Origin: a virus
Taxonomy: Duplodnaviria > Caudoviricetes
Virus record (IMG/VR): IMGVR_UViG_3300020016_000012
Location: 1-47,097 of that record
Strand: one strand, 5' to 3'
DNA length: 47,097 bases
The notes under the pieces were generated by a model. It was not told the DNA's origin. It saw only the letters and a list, made by a program, of their open reading frames with translations, and did not search any database. The position numbers and the translations under genes are program-made. Below, piece by piece: positions 44,991-47,097 of this stretch (its first letter is position 1; every line of letters begins with the position of its first letter).

Positions 44991-45883
44991 GCGCTCACCA
45001 CACAGCACGCATCCCACGCCGGCATCGGAATCCACCGCGCCGACGATTCTGTCCACTGATTCAGATACAACTGGCGAAAGGTCATTTCCTGCGCCGGGAT
45101 CTGCTGCGCCCGCTGACAGAGAATCCGCATATCCACGAGACTGCGGAAGTCGCCGAGCGCCGGGTTGCACCGCTTCCACACGGCCTCACTCGTCCAGTCT
45201 TCCTCCGGTTCCGCTTCATACAGAATCGGGAGAAAGGTCGGGTCCAGTGAGGGATCTTCTTTGACGTTCCGGGCATGCGCGTAGAGTTCCCAGAGAATCG
45301 AGTTACGGTCGTACCCAGCCGTCGAAATCACAATCATCAACGGCTGTAACCTGCCGCCCTGACTCGTCACCAGCACGTCATACAAGTCCCGATTTGGCGC
45401 GCAGTGGAGCTCGTCGTAAATCACGACCGAGGCATTGAACCCGTGTTTCGAATACGCCTCGGCCGAGATGGCTTTACAGAAACTTCCCGACTTGCGGTGG
45501 ACGATCCGTTTCTGCGACTCGACGATTTCTACGTCGGCCTCGAGTTCAGGATCATTCCGCAGCATGGCGACCATCGCCCCGAACACCTTCCCAGCCTGCT
45601 CCCGGTCCGCCGCCGCGAGGTAAATCTCGCCCTGTTTGGAGTCGAATAAGAGACAGTAGATGGCAATCGCCGCCGCGAGCTCCGTCTTGCCGTTCTTCCG
45701 CGGCAGCATCAAGAGGCAACTCCGATAGATCCGTAGCCCATCCTTGCCCGTCTTGAACAACGGCCGGATGATGTCTTTCTCCTGCCAAGGACGCAGATCA
45801 AACGGCCGGCCGGCAAAGTCTCCGGTATGGGTCAGCCGCGAGATCACCTCGACGGCCTTTTGTGAACCGGGATTAGGTTTCAC
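44987..45883 (-). CDS. terL: Terminase large subunit, ATPase domain
   Basis: LRPWQ, Walker A PRKNGKT, Walker B IYDELH, ISTAG, NPALG, YLNQW. Confidence 0.95.
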   Translation of the reverse strand: MKPNPGSQKAVEVISRLTHTGDFAGRPFDLRPWQEKDIIRPLFKTGKDGLRIYRSCLLMLPRKNGKTELAAAIAIYCLLFDSKQGEIYLAAADREQAGKVFGAMVAMLRNDPELEADVEIVESQKRIVHRKSGSFCKAISAEAYSKHGFNASVVIYDELHCAPNRDLYDVLVTSQGGRLQPLMIVISTAGYDRNSILWELYAHARNVKEDPSLDPTFLPILYEAEPEEDWTSEAVWKRCNPALGDFRSLVDMRILCQRAQQIPAQEMTFRQLYLNQWTESSARWIPMPAWDACCVVSA

Positions 45884-46377
45884 TTAATCCCCGCCCATTT
45901 CGACACCGGCTCCGCTTCCTTTTTCGGCATGTGCAACCGCGCCCGCCCAGACGGACACATCCCGAAATACTCGTAAAACGGCCGCAGCTTCACCGACGTC
46001 TCCAGCTCCACCTTGATCGCCGGATGCACCTTCACGTTCTGGTGCTCATTCCCCGCCGAGTCCACCATCGTCGTGTACAGGAACAACGAGAATCCCGGCT
46101 CCCCCTTCTGCCGCGCCGACTCGTCCGCCGTCGCTTGCAGTTCGCAATACCGGACAAACGTCTCGACATCCCCAGTCGTCAGGGTGCCCATATACAGCAC
46201 AACCGGCGATACCCGGTCCCATACCACCGACGCACCCGGCGATAACATGCCTGGCTTCACCACCGGACCCTCCGGGGTCTTCGGCTCGTCCATATTGAGT
46301 TTGGTCTTACTGGGATTGCCCCGTAACATCTTCAAAGCGGTCGGTTGCGGACGCCTGCCTGAGTTCTCGTATCCCAT
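45880..46377 (-). CDS. terS: Terminase small subunit (P27 family)
   Basis: GRRPQPTALKMLRGNPSK, VHPA, FGMCPSGRARL. Confidence 0.92.
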   Translation of the reverse strand: MGYENSGRRPQPTALKMLRGNPSKTKLNMDEPKTPEGPVVKPGMLSPGASVVWDRVSPVVLYMGTLTTGDVETFVRYCELQATADESARQKGEPGFSLFLYTTMVDSAGNEHQNVKVHPAIKVELETSVKLRPFYEYFGMCPSGRARLHMPKKEAEPVSKWAGIK

Positions 46378-46996
46378 GTGGTTGTCCTAATTTCGTCAAT
46401 GAACCTCTACGCGCATTACACGTAAAATGCGCGGCTTTACAGTTCCAATCCTCATCAGTGCCACCCTCCGCCAGAGGGATGACATGGTCAACTGTGCCAG
46501 ACCAACGATCCGGGAACTTCAGCGTTGAGTCAATCGCGGCATTGCAAACCCAACAAACCCAGCCGTCACGTTCCGCAATTAGCCGCCATCTCCCAACAGC
46601 TTTCCGGCCGCTCATCGCGCGGCAGTTCCGCCACCTGGAGCGTTTAGATCGGCGCTTTCTCAGCCTGTCCTTCGTGTCTGTGAGCCGCGGCGCGTTCGCC
46701 GTGTTAGCACACCTGGGCGAACAGAACCGTCGCCGCCGCTTGAACGTGGTGGACCATTTTGGCGTGAAAACAACCCCACAATGACCGCAAACCGTCTCTA
46801 CTTTTGTCTCAGACGGCTTCCTCGCGGCAATAGCGCAGGCCCGACACTGCCTAGAGATCGCTGTCTTGAACCCCCCACAGCCGCCGCACACGCCAGGGTA
46901 TTTTTCTAGGAATTCCGCCCAGGCTTTTTCCGAATCTTTTCCCGAAATCTTTTTCGACTCTCCGGAGGCGGTTTCCGCTGGTTGGGCTCCAAACAT
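46307..46996 (-). CDS. HNH endonuclease adjacent to the terminase
   Basis: CGHCG, FCSPRC, RDGWVCWVC, TVDHVIPLAEGG...N...AH..CN; start uncertain. Confidence 0.85.
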   Translation of the reverse strand: MFGAQPAETASGESKKISGKDSEKAWAEFLEKYPGVCGGCGGFKTAISRQCRACAIAARKPSETKVETVCGHCGVVFTPKWSTTFKRRRRFCSPRCANTANAPRLTDTKDRLRKRRSKRSRWRNCRAMSGRKAVGRWRLIAERDGWVCWVCNAAIDSTLKFPDRWSGTVDHVIPLAEGGTDEDWNCKAAHFTCNARRGSLTKLGQPHGIRELRQASATDRFEDVTGQSQ

Positions 46997-47010
46997 CTCA
47001 GCGCCCCCCC
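46921..47010 (-). other. Possible cos/packaging-site region
   Basis: G7 run followed by AAACCGCC and three GAAAA(A)G repeats upstream of HNH-terS, resembling cos regions of HK97-like phages. Confidence 0.35.
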
Positions 47011-47097
47011 TGGCTGTGAGCGCGCCGCTGTTGAGCAATCGAGCACTCTTGAATGTGAATACGTACGCGTTCTTGTTCAAGAGGGACAGCCTCACCA

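Larger units (their letters stand above)
1..47097 (-). mobile_element. Near-complete temperate-type siphophage genome (HK97-like head, non-contractile tail)
   Basis: Terminase, capsid, portal, tail tube, chaperone frameshift, tape measure and divergent cI/cro pair; no host housekeeping genes; ORFs cut at both edges. Confidence 0.95.

Noticed and set aside
46-46784. Numerous plus-strand and nested ORFs in the ORF track
   Set aside because: Shadow frames of well-supported minus-strand genes in GC-rich DNA; only the 13.1-13.4 kb and 22.3-24.1 kb plus-strand genes have independent support.
1-47097. Complete circular genome
   Set aside because: No terminal overlap, and the ORF leaving position 1 does not continue convincingly at 47097, so some sequence is missing.

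Overview
The window is most of the genome of a GC-rich temperate-type siphophage with an HK97-like head. Nearly all genes are on the minus strand; a short cI-side cassette (22.3-24.1 kb) and one small moron are on the plus strand. Read right to left it encodes: HNH, TerS, a TerL split into two genes, a protease-capsid fusion, portal, head-tail connectors, tail tube, a frameshifting chaperone, tape measure and tail tip (47.0-28.1 kb); small membrane and secreted genes with no recognisable endolysin (28.1-24.2 kb); cI/cro and an early region of small ORFs and HNH nucleases (24.1-11.6 kb); and a second fibre/tailspike module (11.6-0 kb). No integrase is visible, and the two ends do not join. Main observations: (1) five copies of a ~47-bp bipartite site (CGCGCGT-N27-30-GGATCTACCGCG), four of them as inverted pairs that each bracket a single gene like a cassette; (2) a 277-nt group I intron in a structural gene, apparently ending in A instead of the usual terminal G, next to a free-standing HNH gene; (3) a tRNA-shaped RNA whose anticodon loop is replaced by a cUACGg tetraloop; (4) three glycosyltransferase + methyltransferase sets, each beside a different virion module; (5) several genes flanked by short direct repeats or duplicated gene starts/ends. 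All protein calls come from recognising motifs by eye; no database search was run.
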